This document shows positions 27,810 to 36,681 of a stretch of DNA of 64,000 bases, piece after piece. The DNA is from Patescibacteria group bacterium. Its GTDB lineage: Bacteria > Patescibacteriota > Patescibacteriia > UBA9934. The number at the start of each line of letters is the position of its first letter. The first letter of the stretch is position 1. Below the pieces are notes generated by a model. The model was not told the origin of the DNA and searched no databases. It saw nothing but the letters and a program-made list of their open reading frames with translations. Both the position numbers and the translations under genes were made by a program. The stretch covers positions 26,894 to 90,893 of the forward strand of contig JBAYHI010000001.1 of assembly GCA_041666205.1 (NCBI GenBank), given 5' to 3'.

Positions 27810-30026
27810 TTACTCTTTTTTATGGGCAGGGCGACGCATTGGTGGGCGACCTGTTGGGGCGCCGGTTTGCGCTTTTGCTTTCATTTCCTCGGTATAGGTA
27901 TTTCCCGTTGCCTGTTTCATCGAGAGGTTTACACGACCCATGCTGTCGATTTCAATGACCTTTACGTGAACCTTGTCGCCAAGCTTCACGATATCACCAA
28001 CTTTTTCAACGCGCCATGGAGCAAGTTCTGAAACGTGCACGAGGCCATCTTTGCCTGGAAGAATCGTTACGAATGCGCCAAAATCCATGATTCGGGCAAC
28101 TTCACCTTCAAATTCTTCTCCAGCTTCCACCTCACGAGTGAGGTTGTGTACCCAATTATACGCCTCTTCTCCAGATTTTTGATCCTTGGCTGTGATCATC
28201 ACGAGGCCTGTTTGTTCAATGTCGATTGCCTGTACACCAGTTTTGGCAATAATCTCGTTAATCATCTTGCCTCCTGGGCCGATGACTTCGCGAATCTTTT
28301 CAGGATTGATATTCAAAGTGAAAATGCGTGGAGCAAAAGGCGAAAGCTCTGCGCGAGGTGCTGCAATGATGTCTTGCATCACTTTGAGGATTTGCAAACG
28401 AGCCTCTTTTCCTTTTTGAAGTGCCTCCACGATGATGTCGTGGGTGATTCCAGCAGTCTTTGTGTCCATTTGAATTGCAGTGATTCCGTCGCGGCTTCCT
28501 GTAATCTTGAAATCCATGCCTCCTGGACCGTCTTCAAGGTCTTGGAGGTCGGTGATTACTTGTGAGCGAGTTGCGTCCGATGCAAGTCCGATTGCAATAC
28601 CAGCAACGGGCTTTTCAAGAGGAACACCGGCGTCCATTAGCGCGAGTGTTGAGGCACATGTGGAGGCCATTGAGCTTGAACCATTTGAATTGAGGACTTC
28701 AGATACAACACGGATGGCGTATGGGAAGTCTTCTTTCTTTGGAAGCATGCATTCAACGGCTTTTTCAGCCAAGGCACCGTGTCCAACCTCGCGACGTCCT
28801 GTTCCGCGGAGGGGTTTTGCCTCGCCAACGGAAAATGGAGGGAAATTGTAGTGATGCATGTATTGCTTTTCGCCAACGGTTTCCATGCCATCGAGCGTTT
28901 GCTTGTCGCCAGGCGCGCCAAGGGTGCAGACGGAAAGCACTTGCGTTTCCCCGCGCATGAAGTGGCCTGAACCGTGTACGCGAGGCAAAACCCCCACTTC
29001 ACTGAATAGTGGTCGTACTTCATCGATCTTGCGACCGTCCACGCGCTGTCCTTTGTCCAAAATGCGTTTTGAGACTTCGCGTTGTACGCCTTCGTAAATG
29101 AGGCCTGAAGCGTAGGCAATTTCATCTTTTGTGCATTCTTTGGCTACAAGCATGTCAGCAAGGCGGTGCTTGAGTTCGATTTTTGCAAGGTTTCGTTCTG
29201 CTTTCGAAGCTTTTGGTGACGCGAAGAACAGTTCATCCATTTGTTCCGAGATGAATTGCTCGGTTATGGCTTTTACTTCGGCTTTGCGTGCAAAAAGCTT
29301 TTCTTCATCGGCATTTTTTGGAGCAAGTACGTCGAGTTTTTCTTTTCCAACGGCTGCGCGTACTTCTTCGATGAGTTTCAAGACTGGTTTCATTTCTTTG
29401 CGACCGAGCTCGAATGCTGCAAGGATTTCTTCCTCTTTTGCATCTTTTCCTCGAGCTTCAATCATTACGACTTTTTCATCAGTTCCAGAAATGTCCAAAT
29501 CAAATTCTGTGGTCAGACGCTGATCGTAGCTAGGATTTAAGATATATTCCCCGTTCAAGCGTGCAACGCGAATCGCTCCGATTGGTCCGTTCCATGGAAT
29601 ATTGCTCATGTGGAGCGCACACGACGCTCCGATAAGCCCCAAGATATCTGGATCGTTTTCTCCGTCAAAGGAAAGCGCTGAGACGATGATTTGCACTTCG
29701 TTTGTAATACGTTCATCAAAGAGTGGACGGATTGCGCGGTCAACGAATCGGCCAACAAGCACTGCTTCGTCGGTTGGTCGGCCTTCACGCTTAATGAAGC
29801 GGGAGCCTTTAATACGTCCTGCTGCGTAGAGTTTTTCCTCGAAATCAACCATGAGTGGGAAATATCCCAAGTTCTGGGCTTTCTCCGCTGACATGACTGC
29901 GGTTACGAGCACGACGGTGTCGCCCATCTGCACAGTTACGGCAGCATTTGCGGCTTGCGCAAAGCGACCGGTTTCAATGGTGAGCGTTTTTCCACAAAAT
30001 TCTGTGGAGAATGTTTTTTTATCCAT
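27810..30026 (-). CDS. pnp: Polynucleotide phosphorylase
   Basis: 738 aa with two RNase PH domains, KH and S1 domains, and conserved motifs throughout. Confidence 0.95.
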   Translation of the reverse strand: MDKKTFSTEFCGKTLTIETGRFAQAANAAVTVQMGDTVVLVTAVMSAEKAQNLGYFPLMVDFEEKLYAAGRIKGSRFIKREGRPTDEAVLVGRFVDRAIRPLFDERITNEVQIIVSALSFDGENDPDILGLIGASCALHMSNIPWNGPIGAIRVARLNGEYILNPSYDQRLTTEFDLDISGTDEKVVMIEARGKDAKEEEILAAFELGRKEMKPVLKLIEEVRAAVGKEKLDVLAPKNADEEKLFARKAEVKAITEQFISEQMDELFFASPKASKAERNLAKIELKHRLADMLVAKECTKDEIAYASGLIYEGVQREVSKRILDKGQRVDGRKIDEVRPLFSEVGVLPRVHGSGHFMRGETQVLSVCTLGAPGDKQTLDGMETVGEKQYMHHYNFPPFSVGEAKPLRGTGRREVGHGALAEKAVECMLPKKEDFPYAIRVVSEVLNSNGSSSMASTCASTLALMDAGVPLEKPVAGIAIGLASDATRSQVITDLQDLEDGPGGMDFKITGSRDGITAIQMDTKTAGITHDIIVEALQKGKEARLQILKVMQDIIAAPRAELSPFAPRIFTLNINPEKIREVIGPGGKMINEIIAKTGVQAIDIEQTGLVMITAKDQKSGEEAYNWVHNLTREVEAGEEFEGEVARIMDFGAFVTILPGKDGLVHVSELAPWRVEKVGDIVKLGDKVHVKVIEIDSMGRVNLSMKQATGNTYTEEMKAKAQTGAPTGRPPMRRPAHKKE

Positions 30027-30041
30027 AAGATAGATAGCATT

Positions 30042-30098
30042 CCGTTCAGCGCGGAAGACTTTAAGGGTTCGCCTTAAAAATCTCTGCGTGCTGAACAG
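30042..30098 (-). promoter_or_regulatory. Extended hairpin in the pnp leader (possible autoregulatory/RNase III-type processing stem)
   Basis: ccgttcagcgcgg...ctgcgtgctgaacag outer stem with an inner ttaagg-gttcg-ccttaa hairpin, located between the NYN-domain gene and pnp. Confidence 0.45.
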
Positions 30099-30117
30099 AA
30101 CGATTAATTAGTAAGAA

Positions 30118-30729
30118 TTAAAAGGTCAATCGGCGGGTGCGAGATTCATCTACTTCCTCTGGATTTGTGTGAGCCACAGGAGCTGGAGCAGATTTTTTTT
30201 GAATTGGCGCCTTATCCTCGTGCTGATCACGTCCCATAATCAGGAATTTGCGCTTATTTTCAGAGAGGTTCATGTATTCATCGCACAAACTCACAAGGTT
30301 CGATGATGTGGTTTCGCGGAATGACGCAACGCGCGCAATGCGACCACGGCTTTGAATGAATTGAACGAGCGGCATATAGTCGCCGTCGCCTGAAACAATC
30401 ACCACAACGTCGAGCATATCAAGCATACGAATAATGTCGACTGTGATTCCCACATCCCAATCCCCTTTTTTGACGCCCGAAGTAAATTCTTGAAGTTCTT
30501 TTGACTTCACTTCAATGCCGTTTTTGCGGAGTGCCTCAAAAAAAGGTTCTTCGTCGCCTCCTTTTGTGGAAATGGTGTAGGCAATGGCTCGAATGAGCTG
30601 AGCATCGCCTGCGGACTCTCGAACAATGTTTGCAAAATTGACTTTGCGATTGAAAAGATTGCGAGCACTATAGTACATGTTTTGGACATCAATGAAAACG
30701 CCAACGCGGCGGGTAGTAGTAGACAACAT
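30118..30729 (-). CDS. NYN-domain (LabA-like, DUF88) predicted RNase
   Basis: Motifs VFIDVQNMYY and IVSGDGDY are characteristic of NYN/LabA nucleases. Confidence 0.7.
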   Translation of the reverse strand: MLSTTTRRVGVFIDVQNMYYSARNLFNRKVNFANIVRESAGDAQLIRAIAYTISTKGGDEEPFFEALRKNGIEVKSKELQEFTSGVKKGDWDVGITVDIIRMLDMLDVVVIVSGDGDYMPLVQFIQSRGRIARVASFRETTSSNLVSLCDEYMNLSENKRKFLIMGRDQHEDKAPIQKKSAPAPVAHTNPEEVDESRTRRLTF

Positions 30730-30773
30730 ATTTTTAAAAAACAATGGAAACCCGTATAAAACGGGTTTCCTTT

Positions 30774-31046
30774 TTAATTTGAGACTCGGAGTTCAAGGGC
30801 TTCGACCAATGCGTCGTGGCCTTTTTTATCTTCACGTTCAAGATACTTGAGAAGGCGACGTCGTTCCACAACTTTCTTTACAAGACCTCGGCGTGAGCTG
30901 AAATCTTTTTTATGCATGCGCAAGTGCTTGGTCAAATCTTTGACTTCTGCAGTAAGAATTGCGATCTGCACTTGAGGAGAGCCCGTATCGGTTGCGTGGA
31001 CTTTGAACTTATCGATGATGTTTTGCTTTTGCTGTTTGCTGAGCAT
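30774..31046 (-). CDS. rpsO: 30S ribosomal protein S15
   Basis: 90 aa with a typical S15 sequence (GSPEVQIA.LT..I..L..H...HKKD..SRRGL). Confidence 0.9.
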   Translation of the reverse strand: MLSKQQKQNIIDKFKVHATDTGSPQVQIAILTAEVKDLTKHLRMHKKDFSSRRGLVKKVVERRRLLKYLEREDKKGHDALVEALELRVSN

Positions 31047-31204
31047 AGAAAAATCTTATTTCATCTCTGGGATCTTAGATTTACGCCGCTCAAGCGAAAA
31101 TCCATGGTCTCGAGCTTTATTAATAGGCAAACTATATAGAAAATCGGCTAATCTGTCAAGAAAATCGTTTGAGAGTCTGGCATTGTGTCGTATAATATAG
31201 AGGT

Positions 31205-32128
31205 ATGGCAAAAACACTCGATAGTTACATCAAAAACTTCCTAGAATATTTGGAAATTGAGCGTGGGCGATCGCCAAAGACAATACGAAATTATGCGTTT
31301 TACTTGAATCGGTTTGCGGAATGGGCAAAAAATCCAGTTCCCTCAAAGATTACGGCCGACATGATTCACGATTATCGCCTCTATCTTAATCGATCAATTG
31401 ATGGGCGAGATGGACAGAATTTGAAGAAAAGCACCCAAAATTATCATTTGATTGCCCTGCGAGCGTTCCTTAAGTATTTAGCAAAAGAAGACGTACGCGT
31501 CATTTCCGCAAATAAGATCGAACTTGCAAAGCAAGGAACGCGCACCGTGGCGTTTTTGGAGCCAGAGGAGCTAGAGCGTCTCCGAGTTGCGCCAAAAGAA
31601 ACAGGAGGAATCATTGGACTCCGCGACCAAGCAATCATTGAAACGTTGTTTTCGGCTGGACTTCGCGTATCAGAACTCGCAAACCTTCGAATTGACGGAA
31701 TCAACTTGAATCGCGACGAGTTTACGATTAAAGGAAAGGGCAGCAAACACCGCGTGGTTTTTCTCTCGCCCGAGGCACGCGCAACCATTCGTGCGTATAC
31801 AAATGCGCGAAAAGACACTTCTCCGCATCTTTTTGTGAGCCATGACCCGGCAAAACGAAAGCGCGGGATTGTGGATCCGCTCACGCCACGCTCAATTCAG
31901 CGCACAATTGATCGCTATGCGCGTCAAGCTGGAATTACCAAGCGAATTACCCCTCACGTGCTTCGTCATACATTCGCAACCGATTTGCTCCGCAACGGAG
32001 CTGACTTGCGTTCCGTGCAGGCGCTTCTTGGCCATGAGTCCATTTCAACCACCCAGATTTACACGCATATTACCGATAAAGAACTCCGAAGAGTCCACAA
32101 AACGTTCCACGATAAGAAGCAGGCTTGA
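31205..32128 (+). CDS. xerC: Tyrosine recombinase XerC/XerD family
   Basis: N-terminal SAM-like domain and a C-terminal catalytic domain with R..HxxR...Y (HVLRHTFATDLL, LGHESISTTQIYTH). Confidence 0.85.
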   Translation: MAKTLDSYIKNFLEYLEIERGRSPKTIRNYAFYLNRFAEWAKNPVPSKITADMIHDYRLYLNRSIDGRDGQNLKKSTQNYHLIALRAFLKYLAKEDVRVISANKIELAKQGTRTVAFLEPEELERLRVAPKETGGIIGLRDQAIIETLFSAGLRVSELANLRIDGINLNRDEFTIKGKGSKHRVVFLSPEARATIRAYTNARKDTSPHLFVSHDPAKRKRGIVDPLTPRSIQRTIDRYARQAGITKRITPHVLRHTFATDLLRNGADLRSVQALLGHESISTTQIYTHITDKELRRVHKTFHDKKQA

Positions 32129-32176
32129 TTTATTTCATTTTTTGTGGCATTATCCCTGTCGCAAACGGTTTGACGA

Positions 32177-32253
32177 GCACCCATAGCTCAACTGGATAGA
32201 GCAGGAGGGTTCTAACCTCAAGGTTGTAGGTTCAAGTCCTACTGGGTGCACCA
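32177..32253 (+). tRNA. tRNA-Arg (TCT)
   Basis: Hand-folded: acceptor gcaccca/tgggtgc, anticodon loop gtTCTaa, T arm gtagg-ttcaagt-cctac, plus CCA. Confidence 0.75.
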
Positions 32254-32263
32254 CGGAAATTAT

Positions 32264-32339
32264 GGCGGCTATAGCACAATGGTTAGTGCACTGGGTTGTG
32301 GTCCCAGCTATAAGGGTTCGATTCCCTTTAGTCGCCCCA
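32264..32339 (+). tRNA. tRNA-His (GTG) with extra 5' G(-1)
   Basis: G-1 plus acceptor gcggcta/tagtcgc, anticodon loop ttGTGgt, T arm aaggg-ttcgatt-ccctt, discriminator C then CCA. Confidence 0.8.
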
Positions 32340-32375
32340 TTAAAAAATCTCTGCAAACGCAGAGGTTTTTTAATA
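32340..32375 (+). terminator. Intrinsic terminator after tRNA-His
   Basis: tctctgcaaacgcagagg followed by tttttt. Confidence 0.7.
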
Positions 32376-32494
32376 GTCGTTTAGGAATTGAACCCTTATA
32401 GCTGGTTGAATTCGGGTTCGATGACCAAACGAGCGAGGAAAACAGAATCCTTTTCTGATTTCCGAGCGAGAGCAGAACATCTGGCAAAGCCAGA

Positions 32495-32547
32495 TTCCCT
32501 TTAGTCGCCCCATTGAAAAATCTCTGCAAACGCAGAGGTTTTTTAAT
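32495..32547 (+). repeat. Direct repeat of the tRNA-His 3' end plus terminator (copy of 32322-32374, 1 mismatch); att-like scar
   Basis: 53 of 53 nt match except 1 mismatch. The intervening 120 bp contains an inverted degenerate tRNA-His fragment (32384-32405). Confidence 0.7.
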
Positions 32548-32552
32548 TGTGT

Positions 32553-32587
32553 CGTCGTAGGGACGTTGCCTGCAACGTCCGTGAATC
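32553..32587. repeat. Palindromic intergenic repeat family P, copy 1 (tcgtcgtagggacgttgcctgcaacgtccgtgaat)
   Basis: Core inverted repeat ggacgttgc/gcaacgtcc. Two more copies lie at 58369-58403 and 59711-59742. A perfect 8-bp palindrome gggtggcc/ggccaccc follows at 32593-32614. Confidence 0.7.
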
Positions 32588-32636
32588 TGTTGGGGTGGCC
32601 CAATGTGGCCACCCATTGCTGTTGTTTTATGTTAAT

Positions 32637-33428
32637 ATGTCCTATATGCCATCAAAATCTTCCCTTCTCATCTCCTGGAACGTAAACGGCGTTCGGGCTG
32701 TGCTCAAAAAAGGATTTTTGGCGTGGATGAAGGAAGTTTCGCCTGATGTTTTGTGCATTCAAGAAACAAAAGCTCAAATTCCCCAAATTCCAGAAGACGC
32801 AGTACATCCAGAAGGCTATATTGGCGTTTGGAGTTTTCCAGAGCGCAAAGGTTATAGTGGAGTTGCGACATTCATAAAAGACGAACCAAAAGCAATTATT
32901 TCAACGTTTGGCGAACCTTTGCTTGATGAAGAAGGTCGAATTATTCTTACCGAACATGAAGATTTCTACTTGTTCAACGTTTATTTCCCAAATGGTGGGC
33001 GCGACGACGATCGATTGAAATACAAAATGAAGTTTTACGATCGATTTTTGGATCTGATCGAAGAGTATCGCAAAAAGAAACCGGTAATCTTTTGTGGCGA
33101 TGTAAATACGGCGCATCACGAAATCGACATTGCGCGACCAAAAGAAAATGAGAAAAACTCCGGTTTCATGCCAATAGAGCGCAAATGGCTCGATAAATTG
33201 GAAGAACACGGATTTGTCGACGCGTTCCGTCATTTCCATCCTGACGCAAAAGACGAATATTCCTGGTGGGACGTAAAATCCGGTGCGAGACTTCGCAATG
33301 TGGGCTGGCGAATTGATTATTTCTGGGTCGACAAGGCAATTTTGCCAAAAGTAAAAGAAGCATTTATTTGGCAGAATGTGCGCGGGTCAGATCATTGCCC
33401 GGTTGAAATCCGTATCGAAGCCAAGTAG
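32637..33428 (+). CDS. xth: Exodeoxyribonuclease III (AP endonuclease, EEP family)
   Basis: Motifs SWNVNG, QETK, DVNTAHHEID, SDHCP. Start chosen at MSYMPSK; the longer track ORF runs through the palindromic repeats. Confidence 0.85.
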   Translation: MSYMPSKSSLLISWNVNGVRAVLKKGFLAWMKEVSPDVLCIQETKAQIPQIPEDAVHPEGYIGVWSFPERKGYSGVATFIKDEPKAIISTFGEPLLDEEGRIILTEHEDFYLFNVYFPNGGRDDDRLKYKMKFYDRFLDLIEEYRKKKPVIFCGDVNTAHHEIDIARPKENEKNSGFMPIERKWLDKLEEHGFVDAFRHFHPDAKDEYSWWDVKSGARLRNVGWRIDYFWVDKAILPKVKEAFIWQNVRGSDHCPVEIRIEAK

Positions 33429-33488
33429 TTTTTCCTTTACAATTGGCAATTTTCGAGGTAAAAAGAGTACGCGTTACTCTTTTTATTT

Positions 33489-33926
33489 ATGACAGAAGAA
33501 ATCAAAAAACTTTATCGTTCAAAGAAAGATCGTATTCTTTTTGGCGTTTGTGGTGGGCTTGCCGAGTTTTTCGGCATCGACGCCACGCTTGTACGCGTTA
33601 TTTTCATTATCCTGGCGCTCGTTCACGGAATCGGCATCTTGGTTTATCTCGCGCTTTGGCTTCTTGTGCCAGAAAAACACGAGGTCGGTCAGCCAGCCGC
33701 GGAAATTGTTACCCCACAGGAGATTACAACACCTCAACTTGAGGAGCGAAAAGTCGAGGCCATGTCGTGGTTTGAGAAAAACCGAACCACGCTCGGCGCA
33801 GGGATTATTGCCATTGGTTTTTTCATTCTATTTGGCAATTGGTTCTCTTGGCACTTCCTTGAGGTCTTGTTTTGGCCATCAATTATCATTCTTGGCGGTC
33901 TATTCCTAATTTTTAGAAAAAAATAA
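33489..33926 (+). CDS. PspC-domain membrane protein
   Basis: N-terminal PspC motif (L.RS..DR...GVCGGLAE.FG.D..LVR..F) followed by TM helices. Confidence 0.8.
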   Translation: MTEEIKKLYRSKKDRILFGVCGGLAEFFGIDATLVRVIFIILALVHGIGILVYLALWLLVPEKHEVGQPAAEIVTPQEITTPQLEERKVEAMSWFEKNRTTLGAGIIAIGFFILFGNWFSWHFLEVLFWPSIIILGGLFLIFRKK

Positions 33927-33927
33927 T

Positions 33928-34935
33928 ATGGAAACTCCAGAACAAAATTTGCATCCAGATTATTCAACCGAGAGTCATCGTGTTAGCGAAACGCCGGTTG
34001 CACCAGCCCCTGAAAAGAAAATTGAAGTTATTGCGCCAAAGAAACGTCACGTTAATTTGGGCGGGATTTTCCTCGGAATCATCATTTTATTCATTGGATT
34101 TGGACTTTTGGGCAAGAACCTCGGGATCATTCCAGATTTTTCCGTAAATATTTTCGAACTCTGGCCAATCCTCATTATCGTTGCTGGTCTTTCCCTGCTC
34201 TCTGGCAAAGGTCGCTTGTGGATTTTGTTTGGAACGCTTGTGATGATTGTTTGCCTTTGCATTGTGGCAGTATTTGGATTCTTTGCGTCAAATGAAAATG
34301 ATGTCGTTCTGACGTCTCCATTTTCGATTGAACGAGGAACATCGGTTCAAAACGGCCAGCTCACGGTGCATCACGGGATGGGCAATTTGAATTTGATTGG
34401 CGATCCATTTGCCTTTATCGATGGTGAACTGCGTTCAAGCATGTCTCGCATCACTTCTGATTCACGCATTGGCGCCAATGGCACGCAATACGTTGAGGTT
34501 GGAATGGACGGTGAAAATGGTTTTGTATGGGGCAATATGCAAAACGACATGGATTTGCGTGTTTCCGATACGTTGCCAATGGATTTGGTGATTGAAAGCG
34601 GAGCATCAAACATGAATTTGGATTTCCGCACCATGCTCATTCGTAGTTTGGATTTGAAAACCGGCGCATCAGGAGTGAATTTACAATTCGGGAATTTTGT
34701 AGATGGCGCGCAACTCGGCGTTGAAGCGGGCGCCAGTTCCGTCGAAATCTATTTCCCGACGGATGTTGGTGTGGAAATGCGCCTGGATGCTGGCCTTACG
34801 AGCAAAAATTTACACAATTTCCATGAAGTATCAGATGGCGTGTACCAGTCAGACAATTACGACCGTGTAAATACACACGTCACACTCGATTTAACACTCG
34901 GTGCTGCGGATCTCACAATCGATTGGTTGGAATAA
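33928..34935 (+). CDS. LiaF/DUF4097-like membrane protein with beta-helical putative-adhesin C-domain
   Basis: N-terminal TM helices and a repetitive Gly/Asn/Asp-rich C-terminal beta-solenoid. It is adjacent and co-oriented with the PspC-domain gene, a commonly observed pairing. Confidence 0.6.
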   Translation: METPEQNLHPDYSTESHRVSETPVAPAPEKKIEVIAPKKRHVNLGGIFLGIIILFIGFGLLGKNLGIIPDFSVNIFELWPILIIVAGLSLLSGKGRLWILFGTLVMIVCLCIVAVFGFFASNENDVVLTSPFSIERGTSVQNGQLTVHHGMGNLNLIGDPFAFIDGELRSSMSRITSDSRIGANGTQYVEVGMDGENGFVWGNMQNDMDLRVSDTLPMDLVIESGASNMNLDFRTMLIRSLDLKTGASGVNLQFGNFVDGAQLGVEAGASSVEIYFPTDVGVEMRLDAGLTSKNLHNFHEVSDGVYQSDNYDRVNTHVTLDLTLGAADLTIDWLE

Positions 34936-34943
34936 CGGAATAA

Positions 34944-34984
34944 TCCTCCGAAGCCCCGCCTTGCGGGGCGAAGGAGGATTCTTG
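34944..34984 (+). terminator. Long hairpin terminator
   Basis: aatcctccgaagccccgccttgcggggcgaaggaggatt: a 13-bp outer stem with an inner ccccgc/gcgggg stem. Confidence 0.6.
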
Positions 34985-35027
34985 CCAAAATTTGCCGTAC
35001 TGCTACCCTACTTGGTAGGAGTACCGT

Positions 35028-35804
35028 ATGAAAAAAACAATCTCATCAATTATTGCTCTAGCCTTGTGCATTGGCGTTGTTGTTTTCTTGTGGTCTTTGC
35101 AAGAACGTCATAAGAATGAGCCATCTTACAACATTGAAAAGACAATTTCAGAGATCGTGCTTGCGTCAAACGTGCGCGCGACGCCTCGCAATCAAGAATT
35201 TTTGTGGCATGTTGGGCGCGAGATGGAATATATGATCGAAGGTCTTGGGGTTGAGGCCCCAAATGTGGGAATCGAACAGCGACGCGCAGCAGAGGCCTAT
35301 TTGGCAAGTCACGGTTTCCAGGAGGATTTGTTTAATGCGTTCATTACAGACTCGGCCTCTGTGATGGGATACCGGCACGATGGAGAGGTCTGCATATTGG
35401 CATTTATTCCAACGCGCGACGAGGAAGGCGAGAATGAATCAAATTCAACAACGCTTGGAGTTCAGTGCGGAGCAACCAACGACCCTCTGGAACCAAAAGG
35501 CACCTATGATTCTTCCCTTCTGTCGGCACTCGCTCTTTCTATTGGGTTTGATGCGATGAAAGGATCAACGGAAATCCTTTATCAAGATGAAACGCATATT
35601 CGAGGGACAGTCTCCTATGAGGGCGCAGATGATGGAAAAGAGTATTCGAGCGCATTTCTTGCACATTACAATGGGGTAGCGTGGACGGTGTTTTGGAATG
35701 GGACGGGCGCGTATGCGTGCCAGCAGGCACGAGATTTGGAGTTCTTACGTGAGATGATTACGGATTGCACGGAAGAAATCGTTGACGAAGCAGTGAAATC
35801 GTGA
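35028..35804 (+). CDS. Hypothetical membrane-anchored protein
   Basis: N-terminal signal/TM (MKKTISSIIALALCIGVVVFLW); no recognised domain. Confidence 0.55.
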   Translation: MKKTISSIIALALCIGVVVFLWSLQERHKNEPSYNIEKTISEIVLASNVRATPRNQEFLWHVGREMEYMIEGLGVEAPNVGIEQRRAAEAYLASHGFQEDLFNAFITDSASVMGYRHDGEVCILAFIPTRDEEGENESNSTTLGVQCGATNDPLEPKGTYDSSLLSALALSIGFDAMKGSTEILYQDETHIRGTVSYEGADDGKEYSSAFLAHYNGVAWTVFWNGTGAYACQQARDLEFLREMITDCTEEIVDEAVKS

Positions 35805-35831
35805 TATTTTGGCTAAAAATCAATAAAAAAT

Positions 35832-36614
35832 ATGAATAAATTTTTATTTGCCTTGCTAGGTATCGCTCTTCTTGGCGCAGGATGCTTTGCGGCGACCACG
35901 GAACCAACAGAAGAGGCAGAAGATGACGCCAACGTTGTCCTCACAAGCCCAGCAGAAGGCGCAATCGTAACGTCGCCAATGACAATCACAGGGCGCGGTC
36001 GTGTATTTGAGAGTACAGTCGCTTGGCGCATTTTGGATAGCGCCGGAGAAGTAGCACTTGAAGGAAATACGATGACTGATGCACCTGATGCGGGCGAATT
36101 TGGAGATTTTGAAGAAAAGATCTTCCTTCCAGCGCTTACAAATGAATCTTTCACCCTTGAAGTGTTTACCTATTCCCCACGCGATGGCGCACAAATGGAC
36201 CTGGTAACGCGCAACTTGAAGCTCGATTCAACGGAAAAATCATCGGTTGAGGTTTACTTTGTCGATCAAGCAGCCGCAGAATACGGAGATTGCTCTGCTG
36301 TTGACTTTGAGAAACGCACCATGGCCTATACAGCCAATGTTGCAGAACTTGCACTTACCGAACTTCTTAAGGGGCCAACTGCAGAATGGGCCACAACGCT
36401 GATTCCAAATTTCACCACAATCAAATCTGTTTCAGTGAAGAACGGCGTTGCAACAGTCGAATTTGAGAGTCCAGACACGAATGAGTGGAGTGGTGGATCA
36501 TGTCGAGTTACAGCAATGCATGCTCAACTTGAGAAAACGCTTACGCAATTTAGCACGGTTCAGTCAGTTGAGATCTCCGTAAATGGTGAAACCGAATCCA
36601 TCTTCCAGCCATAA
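35832..36614 (+). CDS. Lipoprotein with Ig-like (Gmad2-type) and GerMN-type domains
   Basis: Lipobox LLGAGC. The C-terminal half has the GerMN-like pattern (VEVYFVD ... CSAV ... ELLKGPT). Domain naming is from memory. Confidence 0.55.
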   Translation: MNKFLFALLGIALLGAGCFAATTEPTEEAEDDANVVLTSPAEGAIVTSPMTITGRGRVFESTVAWRILDSAGEVALEGNTMTDAPDAGEFGDFEEKIFLPALTNESFTLEVFTYSPRDGAQMDLVTRNLKLDSTEKSSVEVYFVDQAAAEYGDCSAVDFEKRTMAYTANVAELALTELLKGPTAEWATTLIPNFTTIKSVSVKNGVATVEFESPDTNEWSGGSCRVTAMHAQLEKTLTQFSTVQSVEISVNGETESIFQP

Positions 36615-36616
36615 TT

Positions 36617-36657
36617 TGAAACAAAAAGACGCCTTTGCGGGCGTCTTTTTTATTTCT
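36617..36657 (+). terminator. Intrinsic terminator
   Basis: aaagacgcctttgcgggcgtcttttttatttc. Confidence 0.7.
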
Positions 36658-36681
36658 CCCGAACTGATACACTGGTGTCGT

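Noticed and set aside
32150-32616. Minus-strand ORFs 32150-32356, 32308-32616, 32370-32612
   Set aside because: They run through two tRNA genes, terminators and palindromic repeats; they are not coding.
32547-32636. N-terminal 30-aa extension of the xth ORF (MCRRRDVACNVRESVGVAQCGHPLLL...)
   Set aside because: It is translated from the family-P repeat and the gggtggcc palindrome. The Exo III homology begins at MSYMPSK.. SWNVNG.
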